Of a stretch of 64,000 nucleotides of DNA, positions 52,326 through 64,000 are shown piece after piece. Both the position numbers and the translations under genes were made by a program. The notes beneath the pieces were generated by a model. It worked only from the letters and a program-made list of their open reading frames with translations. It did not search any database and was not told where the DNA came from. How positions within the stretch are numbered: the stretch's first letter is position 1; each line of letters opens with the position of its first letter. The DNA comes from the human T2T-CHM13v2.0 reference genome, Homo sapiens. The stretch is from assembly GCF_009914755.1 (NCBI RefSeq), contig NC_060926.1, one strand, 5' to 3'.

Positions 52326-52681
52326 TATTCACTAAATGGGAGGTCTCTGTAAGTAAGCCACTCAGCCTTGCGCCTCCTACAAGCATCCAGCCTCTTGGCT
52401 GCATGCTGGAGAAGTGGGAAGTTTTTGCCATCTCCATGTCCTCCTCCTTTGTTTCTCCAAGAAGGAGCCTACCTTGCTGCTCTGGGTGGAAAAAGACAAA
52501 AGGAGACACCAGGGTGCCTGGCTATCCAGTTACAAGTCCACCCAGATCCAGCACTTAGAAAGCCCTCTCTTGCCTTTCTCCATCCTGAGATTCTGACTCC
52601 ATTTTGAGTGTTGGTTCTGGAATCAGTTTGCGTTCAAGTTTGTACTTGAGGGATAGAGGTGAAAAGGTGGGCTCTCCCCAC

Positions 52682-53034
52682 AAAAAAAGATGAGTTCATG
52701 TCCTTTGCAGGGACATGGATGAAGCTGGAAACCATCATTATAAGCAAACTATCACAAGGACAGAAAACCAAACACTGCATGTTCTCACTCATAGGTGGGA
52801 GTTGAACAATGAGAACACATGGACACAGTGGGGGGAACATCACACACTGGGGCCGGTCAGGGGGTGGGGGCTGGAGGAGGGATAGCATTAGGAGAAATAC
52901 CTAATGTAAATGATGAGTTGATGGGTGCAGCAAACCAACATGGCACATGTATACCTATGTAACAAACCTGCACGTTGTGCGCATGTACCCTAGTACTTAA
53001 AGTATAATAAAAAATAAATAAAATAAAATAAAAT
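52682..53034 (+). mobile_element. 5'-truncated primate L1 (L1PA) 3' end
   Basis: GATGAGTTCATGTCCTTTGCAGGGACATGGATGAAGCTGGAAACC...CTTAAAGTATAATAAA plus A-rich tail. Confidence 0.95.
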
Positions 53035-53409
53035 GTAAAGGTATACCTTTAAAGAAAAACAGAAAAAGAGAAGGTAGGCCCTCCCACAGAAGCTCCTGTC
53101 CTCAGCAGTGAGTGAGGTGAGTGTTCTCAGCCCAGTCTAGGGTGGGGGATAGAGAGTGAGAAAAGGCTGTAGCTAAGAGGGACACTGGGTAGTTTAGGGC
53201 TGGATCTAGGAGCAGACAGAGGACATTCTCTGCATTAGAGGGTCATGGTCCCCTGCAGCTACTGTTTTGGAGGGTGTTAAGAGACTGGTTGCAACTCCAG
53301 CCTGAAAGGGCTGCCAGGACCCAAAACTGTCAGGGTTTGGGGATAGACTGCCAAATGGCAAGAAAATTTAAAGGAAAGCATTCCTTTCTGCTGCCTGGGA
53401 CCCCTGTAG

Positions 53410-53752
<343 letters not shown>

Positions 53753-54485
53753 AGGATTTTCTAATTCTCCTATGCAAACCAGGCTTCATAGATAACTTTC
53801 TCCCTCTATTCATTGTCTCCACCACAGGGTAGAAAGACATACAAGCTAATCGTAGGGGGAAGGAGGAAAAATGACATGAAGTCTAATCTCAGAAAACTCA
53901 AGTTCAAATCCTGGTTCCAGCTTTTAATAACTGAGCAATGTCAGGAAAATGGTTAAACCTCCCTAAACCTGACTTTCCTCATCTGTAAAATGGGAACAAA
54001 CAGGAGTGTAATCAAAATACTTAACAATTGGGAAGGTGTGTGCACCTATGAGCATGAGAATGGACCTGTGAGCCGTACACCAGCTGGCCTTAGAGCCAGA
54101 GCCAGGGTCCTGGAAGCCCACATTGTGCCAGGGTCATAAGGAAGCATGAGTAGTTTAGGGAGGGGACTGGAAGAGCGTCCAGGGCAATGAAGGGCTCAGT
54201 AAGTGACTGTTTGCCAACTGGCACCGAAGTATTTCCAGATATAAACAACCAGTATAGCCATACTGTACTGGGTGCAAGTCAGACTTAGGGGTAAATCCCT
54301 ACCTTATTAGCTACTGCATACACGGTTATTTCAACTGGAAGTCCTTCCCCTTCTTGATCCTCCTCCCTGGGGGAGGAACTGTGAGCACAGCTAACTGCTT
54401 GTTTTCTTCTAGTCTAAGCATTGCTCCTTTTCTGTGGTAGCTCTCTCTGCTGCCTTCACCTACGCAGTCTCCAGCTGGCTCTATG

Positions 54486-54506
54486 ACCAGCACCACGGAC
54501 AGCTCC
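54486..54506 (+). promoter_or_regulatory. REST/NRSF RE1 element between CFAP65 and IHH
   Basis: ACCAGCACCACGGACAGCTCC vs TTCAGCACCACGGACAGCGCC, 18/21 with intact core. Confidence 0.8.
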
Positions 54507-55079
54507 CGCTGGCCAGGCCATCCCCCTTCCTCCTTCCTCCAACCTTCTATCGCCTCTTTCTCCACTTACCCTAATGCAGAAATCCCGAGGTCTGAACTGA
54601 ATGAGAACATCCCTGAGGAGACAGTACAGTGGAGTGGCTAGGAAAAAGACTCTGGAGCCAAGCAGACTGGAATTTTCATCCCAACACCATCAGCTATCAA
54701 CTATATAATCTTTTCCTTCATTTCTATAAGAACCAGGTTCCTTATCTGTAAACAGGCAAACCTATAACTGCTACCTCAAAGGTTATGAGGTTTATGGGAG
54801 ACAAAAGAATTAAGAAACTTAGCACAGTGCCTGGTCCATTACAGGTTCTGAGTAAATGAAGAAGACTTATTATTCTGTGACTTTCCATCTTACTTAATTC
54901 CTCAAACGTTTTTCCAGTCCACTTCTGACTAGAGCCATCTCACCGGCTCAGTGTGGCTGGCCTTCCTCAGTGTGGAAGTCAGCCTGGACTCAGGTATGGC
55001 AAGAGAGCCCACCTTTGACTGGTCCATGAGATTCTGTGTTTGTTAGTTATTTTTGCATTTTAAAAATTTCAAGTTCATT

Positions 55080-55428
55080 TTATTATTTTTCTTTTTAAAA
55101 TTATTATTATTGTTACCAAGATAGGGTTTTCTTCTGTTGCCCAGGCTGGAGTACAGTGGCACAATCATGGCTCACTGCAGCCTTGACCTCCTGGGCTCAA
55201 GCGATCCTCCTACATCACCCCCTAACCCCCACCCAATCTGCCACCACCAGTAGCTGGGACTACAGGTGCGCGCCACCATGCCAGACTAATTTTTTTTTTT
55301 GTACTTTTGTTGTGGAGATGGAGTTTCGCCATGTTCCCCAGGCTGGTCTTCAACTCCTGGGCTCAAGTGATCTTCTTGTCTCGGCCTCTCAAAGTGCTGG
55401 GATTACAGGAGTGAGCCACCACTCCTGC
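55080..55428 (-). mobile_element. Alu (AluJ-like)
   Basis: Reverse body with a small C-rich insertion. Confidence 0.85.
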
Positions 55429-55429
55429 G

Positions 55430-55950
55430 GAGTTAATTTTAGATGTACCAAAGAGTCACGAAAATAGTACAGACAGTTTTCATAAACACTTCTCCCACCT
55501 TTCCCTTACATTAACATCTTACATCACCATAGAACAAAACCAGGAAATTAACCTTGATATGTTGATACACAAAAGCTATTAACAAAAGTATGGCATTTAG
55601 ATTTCTCAAGTTTGTCCATTAGTGTTCTATTCCTTTTCCAGTAGCTAACTGAGGATCCCACTTGGCAGTTAGTTTTCATGCCTACTTAGTATCCTTCACT
55701 GTATCCTGAGTCTTTCCTTGCCTTTCATGACTTAACTCTTTTCAAGAATACTGTCAGTTATTTTGTAAAAGGTTCATTCTGGGTTTGTGTCATGATTTCT
55801 CATGATTAGAGTGAGGATAACACAGAGGTGATATTACCTTCTCAGAGCACTATATCATAGTGTTGATATGTATTATCAGTGATGCTAACTTGATAACTTG
55901 GCTAAAGTGGTATCTGCTGGGATTCTCCACTGTAAAGTTTCTATTTCTCT
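55430..55950 (-). mobile_element. Old L1 (L1M) 3' fragment
   Basis: Degenerate L1MC/MD-like 3' sequence. Confidence 0.6.
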
Positions 55951-56742
55951 CTCTTTTTAGATTTTGGTCATCCCCATCTTTTGCTTCTCTAGGATTAATA
56001 GGTTGAAACCAAGAACCCTGTCCTCACACTATCCTTTCCACCCCTACACTCCCACTCTCCCAAGCCACACCCATTCCTTATCACCTACCTGGTTCCTTTC
56101 CTCTGAGTTTTTCCAAGTTGGCCATTCAGACGTGTGTGCAGAAGCCAGATGCAGATGCATCTGGAGTTTGTTAGGGGAACAGGGTACTTTCTGAACCTTC
56201 TTGCTGAGGTCCTGCATTTTCTGCTTGCAGGGACATTCTGAGCAAATGTGGCCAGCAATGGACCACAGGCATGTCCAACCCCATTCCCAGCTCTGTCTGC
56301 AACCCTTGAGCACTTTCTTCAACATTTGACGTTTGGGTTTTAAAAATCTCTAATTGCATTTCTCTCCAATCAGCCATGTGTAACTTCTTGCTAATCACAA
56401 GCTTGTATCCATGAGCTTCCTTCCTTCTAGAATCACTGCAAAGCTCCTCACTTCTGCAGAGGTCCTGCCAGAAGGGCAGACGTACAGGTGATTTTTTCAA
56501 TCAACTGAATATGGAGAGATGCGCTCATCCAATCCTCCCCTTTGTCACCACCTCCATCTGCCCCGAGTTTATTCCATTTCAGAGTTTTCTTGTGCTGCCC
56601 CTTCAGATGACAAAGGGTTAGGCCACACCTCCTCCAGGCTCATGCAATCTCCATTTTAAAAAGCCTTTGTGCCAAACTGTGTTTTGAGGCTCTGGAAAGC
56701 CTCAGGAGATGCCTTCATTAGTCCACATTCCCTCTTTGCCCT

Positions 56743-57180
56743 TTGTCCTGGTTACTATTGCTGTGTAAGGAGTTACTCCAAAATGTCAAGGTTCCAAACA
56801 GCCATTTTATTATGTGGTTTTGTGAGTCAGGAATTCAGAAGCAGCTTGGCCATGTAGCTCTAGCTTGGGGTCTCTCATGTGGTTGCATTCAGAAGTTGGC
56901 CAGGGCTGCAGCCATCTGCAGCCAACCCAACTGGGCTGAATATCCAATATGGCGCACTCCCATGGCTGACAATTGGCTCTGGCTGTTAGCTGGGATGTCA
57001 GCTGGACCATGGACTGGAACACCTCTCTATAGGTTAGGTGCACACACTCTCCAGCATGGCGGTCTTAGTGTAGAATCAGGCAGAAGCTGCATGGCCTTTC
57101 TGACCTAGCCTCAGATCAGATTTGAGGTAGACCCGGCATCTCTACAGGAGAAGTGTCAAAGAATTTGTGGACATATTTTG
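56743..57180. mobile_element. Old MaLR LTR (MLT1-like)
   Basis: TGTCCTGGTTACTATTGCTGTGTAA...TGTGAGTCAGGAATTCAG...GTCAAAGAATTTGTGGACATATTTT. Confidence 0.65.
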
Positions 57181-60092
57181 ACCGTCCCCCCCACCGCCCC
57201 TGCCACCCAACCCTATCCTAGATCTCCTCACAGCACTTAGAACATTATTCCTCCAGGACTCCCTTCTCTAACAGGGTTCTGGTTACTCCCAGGCTCATCA
57301 GTCCTTTAGGCTGAGGTGAGGAGTATGTCCCTCCCATCCCCTTGGTTTGCTGCTGCTGGAGACCCGGGTTCTGGTCTGCTAATGTTTGATTTTAAGAAAA
57401 TGACTTCACCTCTGTGGGCCTCTGTTTCTTCAACTGCAAAGTAGGAATTAGGAACAACTTCATGTCACACACTGTTAGGATGAGAAAAGATCATGTAAAT
57501 ACCACACGTAGTGCACCTAATCGATAGTAGGTGCATAGTAGATTATGGGAGAAATGGCTGTGGGCAAGGCATTTTCCCTCTTGGGGCCTTGCTTTACTTA
57601 TCTCTGAAATGTGGGTAATAATTCCCCTATTCTGCTTCCCCATACGGACGAGAGAGCTCTTGAATAGGCTGCAGGGAAGGCCAGCCCAGAGGTCAAACCC
57701 TGGCCCAGCTGGGCAGAAGGCCCAGCTGGGGTAGATGGGATGTGCATGCGTGCCAGGCAGCAGGTGTGACTCAGGCCGGTGAGGCACTCAGGGAGGGGCT
57801 ATATCTACCCAACTGAGCCTTATCAGATCCGGGCTCCCCACCACTTGGCCCCATAAAACAAAGAGGCTTTGAGAACCAGGCTGAGGTGTGGGAGGTGGGG
57901 CTGAGCCTCAGAAGGCACAACCACCCAGGGGCCAGAGGGCACAGGCTGGGGAGCTGCCACCACCTACCCTGCCAAGGAGGTTTGCCCTGAAGGGGCGCCC
58001 CTCCAGGTGGGAAGCTGGGTCTATGTTCTCCAGAGAAGGCCTCCATTGCTGGAGCCCAGCCTTCTTTGGGGCACTACCCGCTGGGGCATTTCCCTCCAGG
58101 CCCTCAACTCCACTCTTGCCATGGGATACAGCATTTCCCTCCCCTACCTCCCATTTTGAAGTCTCCCCTCATCAAACTTCTAGCCCCAACTACACTGGCT
58201 CCCAGTCCCTGGGCATGCCCTGAACTTCCCCTCTGTACATCTGCTCCTGATGATCCACCCACCTGCCCTTGCCCAAGTCACTCATACCCCTGAAGACCCA
58301 GGCCAACACCAACCCCAGGAAGTCTCTGAGCATTGCGCATCCTGCCCCCAGTCCTGTCTAATCACTCTGCACTTCCTCTGGCGTCACACTGTATGTAGCT
58401 TCTCTCTGAATCTTCATCCCTGGCAGAATCTGCTGAGCCTGGCAGAAGCCCAGGCCCACCAGGACCAGAATTGATGGTTGTAAAAGTTGTACACTGCACA
58501 AGGGCTCTAGGCTGAGGGAGCAGGGGGACTGAAATCCAGACACGCTCTGAAAGCCCCAGCATATACCCTGGGCTAGAGTCTCTTCTAAATGGACTTCCTG
58601 CTCCTGGCACCAGACCAGGAGAGCTGCCTTTTCTAGTTGAGTATCCCTGAGGGGGCACTTCTTACTAAATATTTCAATGGAGGGCTCCTATTTCCAGTTC
58701 CCACACAGGTGGCATAGGTGCTAGCAGCAGGCTCTGCTGCCTAAAGGACGTGTGCATTGGGTTCAGCCCTTTCCAACACAGGACCACTCACTGTCAGAAG
58801 CCATTCCACCCTGAGACCTGTGTCTCTTAGGGAAGATGGCTGAGTGCAGGCCTGCAGGGCTTCCAAAGAGCCATGCCAGCAGTGAGTGGGGCTTTCCAAA
58901 CAAAAGAGAGAAGGCTGTAAGGCCAGCTTGAGGAAGGGTACTTACGGAGAGGCCCCAGCACAGCCAGATAGGGGAACCAGGGTGCAGTGAGCTTCTATAG
59001 AAGGTAACTGGCCCAGGCAGCTCCAGATGCCTCGCAGCCAGGAAGTTCCCCCACTGTGACTCCTGGACCCTGACACTCCAGGTCCTCCCAGGGACCTGTG
59101 GACTTAGGCATAGTTCTTGCATTTTGCCTGGACTGGGATAGCAGAGGCTACTCTGAATTTCTTTCCCATGCATTTCCAAGATAGAGCAGAGAGGCAGGCA
59201 GACAGAACAGGTGCCTGGAGTGTCCCTTGAACCCCAGTAGACCCTTGGATGACAGGGAGAGAGTATATCTATATAGGAAAGCCCTGGACATCACCCTTAC
59301 AGGTGCAGCCACTAAAGCCAAAGAAGACCAAGGTTCAAGGTCAAGGATGCTGGTGGTGGGGGAGCTGGATTTCCTACTTAAAACCCCCGAAGTTGACTTG
59401 GGCCCTTTTCTCATCCCCCTCGCTCATCCAACCCTGGCTTCCATCCTGGCCATTCTATTGCCTAAGTATCTACAATCCATCACCTTCTTTATGACCCTAG
59501 AGCCACTTCCCTGGTCTAGGACACCAACTCCCCAGTAGTGCTTCCATGATTGTCCTCTCTGGTCTGCCCTCCATACTGTAGCCAGATGAGCTTTTGGAAG
59601 CAACCTAGTCATGAGCTTCCCCTGTTTGAGGGCCCCTGGGATTGAGTCCTATTGCGTGCAACACAGGCTCTGTGTCATCTGCCTCCTGCCTACCTCTCCA
59701 CTTTGGCTTTTGCCAAGCCCACGTGACCCACATAGCTTTACCATGCTGGCCTAATGGTGGTTCCTCTAAGCCCTCAAGCCCCCAAACCTTTTATTTAACT
59801 ATGTCCTTAGCCTGGATCTCTTCCACATGCCTGCCAGGAAAACTCCTTCTTGCCCCATTTGTAGCATCCTCGTCTTCAGGAAGTCTTCCTAGTCACCAGC
59901 CACTCCATGGTGCTTCAGTAGCCACTGTGAGGATGTCAGCCACAGCAGTTAGTGCACCATGTGGATATCCCTGTCTCCCACACTTCTCCCTCCCAACTTA
60001 GGAGTTTACTGAGGGCAGGCACTGCCTCTTTTCCCCAACTCAGGCACAGTGCCTGACATGGAGTGGCATCCATTAACATTGACTATGAGATT

Positions 60093-60402
60093 GGCCGGCC
60101 GCGGTGGCTCACGTCTGTAATCTCAGCACTTTGGGAGGCTGAGGTGGGCAGATCATTTGAGGCCAGGAATTTGAGACCAGCCTGGCCAACATGGCAAAAC
60201 CCCATCTCTACTAAAAATACAAAAAATTAACTGGGTTTGGTATGGCACACGCCTGTAATCCCAGCTACTCGGGAGGCTGAGGCAGGAGAATTGCTTGAAC
60301 CTAAGGCAGAGGCTGCAGTGAGCCGAGATCTTGCCACTGCACTCCATCCTGGGTGACAGAATGAGACCCTGTCTCAAAAAATAAATAAAATAAAATAAAA
60401 TA
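60093..60402 (+). mobile_element. Alu with TSD CATTGACTATGAG
   Basis: Dimer with flanking direct repeat. Confidence 0.93.
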
Positions 60403-61954
60403 AGCATTGACTATGAGCGAACATCACAGTTCTGGATGCAGCAGCCTTGGGGGCTAAGCTTGGGCCCAAGTGGAGAAGCAGGCATTGGATCTGCACTGCC
60501 TGGGTCTGGGTGGTGCAAATGACCCTCCTCTGGGTCTCAGCACTGTACAGAGGATGGGAGAGATTTGGGCCACCACACTGCAGATGTGAAAGATGATCTC
60601 CAGACTGTCTCCTTGTTTCTTCATATCTGGGCCCAGAATTCCAGGAAAAGCTGTAGGGTCTCACTCCCACCCCAAATTTGTTCTTTTGAGGGCCTGAATT
60701 CGTACAAAGTTCTTTGCTGAATCTTTGCAATCTTTGTCTGAAGAATGAATTTGTTCCCTGAGGAGGCCCATCTAGAACAGAAAGGTCTAAGGACACCAAA
60801 TGGCTCTGTGTCTGCTGGACCACATGTGCCCAACCCCAGCAGGAGAGGCATCCCCCCACTCCTTCCTCCATGAGCTGGAGAGTCATCTACTGCATGCATC
60901 CACACTCACCAACAACTTGTCACCACAATCTGATCTCCCAGGTAGAATGTCTACATGGAGAGAATGTGTGAATGAATGGACAAGAGCATCTTGACCTTGG
61001 CCTGTTATTTCTCACTGTGAATGAGTTCATGAACATTTTGGTCCCTGTGAGCCTGGTCAGTAAGAGTCTGCCACAGAGAGATGGGTCCACTCTAGATGTG
61101 TTGACAAAGCAGATTTCCAGACCTCAAATGCTGAGTGCGACCTACCAGAGAGAACCTGAGTTCCCCAGGGGAAAAGCTTGGGGATAAAAACAATGGACCC
61201 AAGAGCCAGTCTGGAAGGATTCAAATTCTGCTTCTGTCGCTTCTTGTGTACTCTTGGGCAAGTTTCTTAACCTCCCTGTGCCTCTGTGTTCTTTTCTGGA
61301 AAGTGGTAATATTAAATAAAGTACACACCACATAGGGTCATTATGAGCACTAAGTGGCCTACTGAGTGTAAAGATCTAGAATAATGCCTAGCAATGGTTA
61401 GTCATCAAAAATGATAGCAGTTATCAGTACAGCCAGTGGGGCCCTATTTCTCCAGATGACACAGACCCCAGAATAATGGTTTTCTCTGGCATTTTCTTCA
61501 GTGGATGTGAGGACAGGGTAAACTAAGAGTCTGAACAGTCATCCCCACCACTTTCAACACAGACATCTGTGTAAAAGGGCAGAGCCTGGGCAGTGGCACA
61601 CTTCAACAACTGGCTCCCCAAGGTGGGGGGAAACCCTAATTGGTAGTCTCTGCCAGTTTCCAGAGTTCTATGGCCACTGTGCCTATTTCAACTGACTCAC
61701 AAAACTCCTGAAAATTTTGTACCACTGGACCTAGAATCTCAGCTTATCTATAGCGAGTATAGAAAAACTTGCCTTGGGATGGAGAGATGGAGGGAAAGTA
61801 AAGAAGGGGGTCATGCTGTCTTGGCAGTAAACCAGGCCTCCTCTGGACTAAGCAGCAGTTCTTGAGTGTGGCCCATGGACCATCTGCCATGTTTGGGGTG
61901 TTTGCAAAACTAAGCTCCTGGGCTTTGCACTGGATCTATTAAAGTGGAATCCTG

Positions 61955-62260
61955 GGCCGGGCGTGGTGGCTCCTGCCTGTAATCCCAGCACTTTGGGAGG
62001 CTGAGGTGGGTGGATCACAAGGACATGAGATCGAGACCATCCTGGCTAACACGGTGAAACCCCGTCTCCAGTAAAAATACAAATAAAAATTAGCCAGGCA
62101 TGGTGGCGTGTGCCTGTAGTCCCACCTACTCAGGAGGCTGAGGCAGGAGAATGGTGTGAACCCAGGAGGCAGAGATTGCAGTGAGCCAAGATTGCGCTAC
62201 TGCACTCCAGCCTGGCCAATAGAGTAAGACTCTGTCTCAAAAAAAAAAAAAAAAAAAAAA
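61955..62260 (+). mobile_element. Alu with TSD AAAGTGGAATCCTG, inserted in a MER5-like relic (~61853-62335)
   Basis: Dimer, poly(A), flanking direct repeat. Confidence 0.92.
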
Positions 62261-62769
62261 GTGGAATCCTGGAAGTGGGGCCAGGAATCATCTTTAAACA
62301 AGCTTCCCAGGTGATCCTGACATTTGAGAACTGCTAGATTAGGGATCTCTGACCTGTCCGAGAAGTCAGAATAGCCCACAAGACAACGTGAATTTTACAG
62401 AATCTTTTCACACTGTGGTCCATTACCAACAGGGAAGAGTCAGAAGCCCAGGCCCTGAGAGCACAAGGGCATGGTTATAGATGAGTAAGGTGACCATGGA
62501 CTAGTCAACTCTGTTCTCTCTCGGGTCCATCCTTGTTTGGGGTAAATGGTGAGGTCAGTGTGGGAAGGTCCTGCCCTGTGCAGAGCACAGCTCTCTGTAG
62601 GGGCTTTGCAGAGCTACTGGGTGGGAATGGACCTGCAGTGAGGGTGGGAGGCCTGGAGTTTTTGTCCTTGGAGGAAGGTGAGCCAGGCCTCTCCGAGGAG
62701 GGGAGAAAACCCTGGACACAACCTTCCAGGGCTCCAAACTATCTGTGAGCATCCTGGACTCTGTGGCTC

Positions 62770-63550
62770 TAACAACTTAAATAATTTTTATTACAAAAGG
62801 AAGAAAAGACCAAAACATCCCCAAAATTCTCCCATGGGCTTCCCCCTCCACTCCAATAAATAAGGTATGGGAGACTGACCGGCGGAGGGGGTGGGGATCA
62901 TGGTTCAGCAGAAGGGGGAGCTTAGCCGGGGGGGTGGCAAGCACATCCAACCCACCTCCCCCAGTCCCCGGCACTACGGTCACATTGGCCAGAACACAGA
63001 ACTCTGCCCACAGACAGCAACAGTCTCTGGATGTGTCTTGAGGAGTGTGGCCGGGGAGGAATGTCATACCTCAGAATGGCCGGGATGGCTGCCCCACCCC
63101 TGTGGCCTTCCCAGTTCTGGACAGCATCGGGTCCAGCCAGATCCATGCTGGCTCCCAGGGAATTTAGCAGCATCAACTGAGGCGCAAGCCCACCCAAAGG
63201 GGCCTAAGATGGATGGAATGGGCCCTCCCCAATGGGGGAGGCAGAGTATGAAAACTCGTAGTGAGAGCAGGCTGAGTTGGGAGTCGCCGTGCCAGCCTCA
63301 AGGTCTCTAGGAGAGAGGGGTCAACAACCATCCCCTCGCCAGCTCAGCTTGCAGCTCTATGACTACACCACGACGCGGGTGGGGGACGCTGGTGTTGCCC
63401 AGTCAAGTCTCAATGGTGTATCTTCATGGCAGAGGAGATGGCAGGAGCCAGTGTCCCCCAGCTCAGGTCCCTTCCAGGGCCAGCTCCCTCCTGGCTGAGA
63501 GGCTTCTGGACCCAGTACAGCAGTTCCAGGAGGGCAGCGGTGGAGTCCTT
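62770..63550 (-). other. IHH: IHH 3'UTR (3' end approximate)
   Basis: Lies between TGA (63551) and AATAAA (62787-62792). Confidence 0.85.
62787..62792 (-). terminator. IHH poly(A) signal AATAAA
   Basis: Canonical hexamer on the minus strand after a U-rich stretch. Confidence 0.8.

Positions 63551-64000
<450 letters not shown>

Overview
Human genomic DNA that I recognise as the chr2q35 CRYBA2 - MIR375 - CFAP65 (CCDC108) - IHH interval. All four genes are on the minus strand. The window holds: (i) the promoter and first three exons of CRYBA2; (ii) the miR-375 hairpin and its promoter in a CpG island; (iii) the complete 35-exon CFAP65 gene, whose 33 coding exons I traced by GT-AG boundaries (5778 nt = 1925 aa + stop, phases consistent throughout); (iv) the end of IHH exon 3 and its 3'UTR. 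Introns carry many Alus, L1/L2/MLT/MER relics, a ~700 bp 25/26-bp minisatellite and a ~400 bp GGGAT/GGGGT repeat. This is a well-studied locus and I see no convincing new protein-coding system. The most interesting unexplained signals are regulatory or structural: two strong REST/RE1 sites near the ends of the cluster; a minisatellite that reads as tandem 3'-splice-site/GT decoys on the CFAP65 strand and as XRE/MRE/E-box motifs on DNA; an exon-1 ATG that is either an overlapping uORF or an alternative N-terminus depending on acceptor choice; a 5' splice site that would make miR-375 intronic; a 131-bp dispersed duplication; and two non-canonical retroelement scars. Repeat boundaries and subfamilies are approximate, called by eye.
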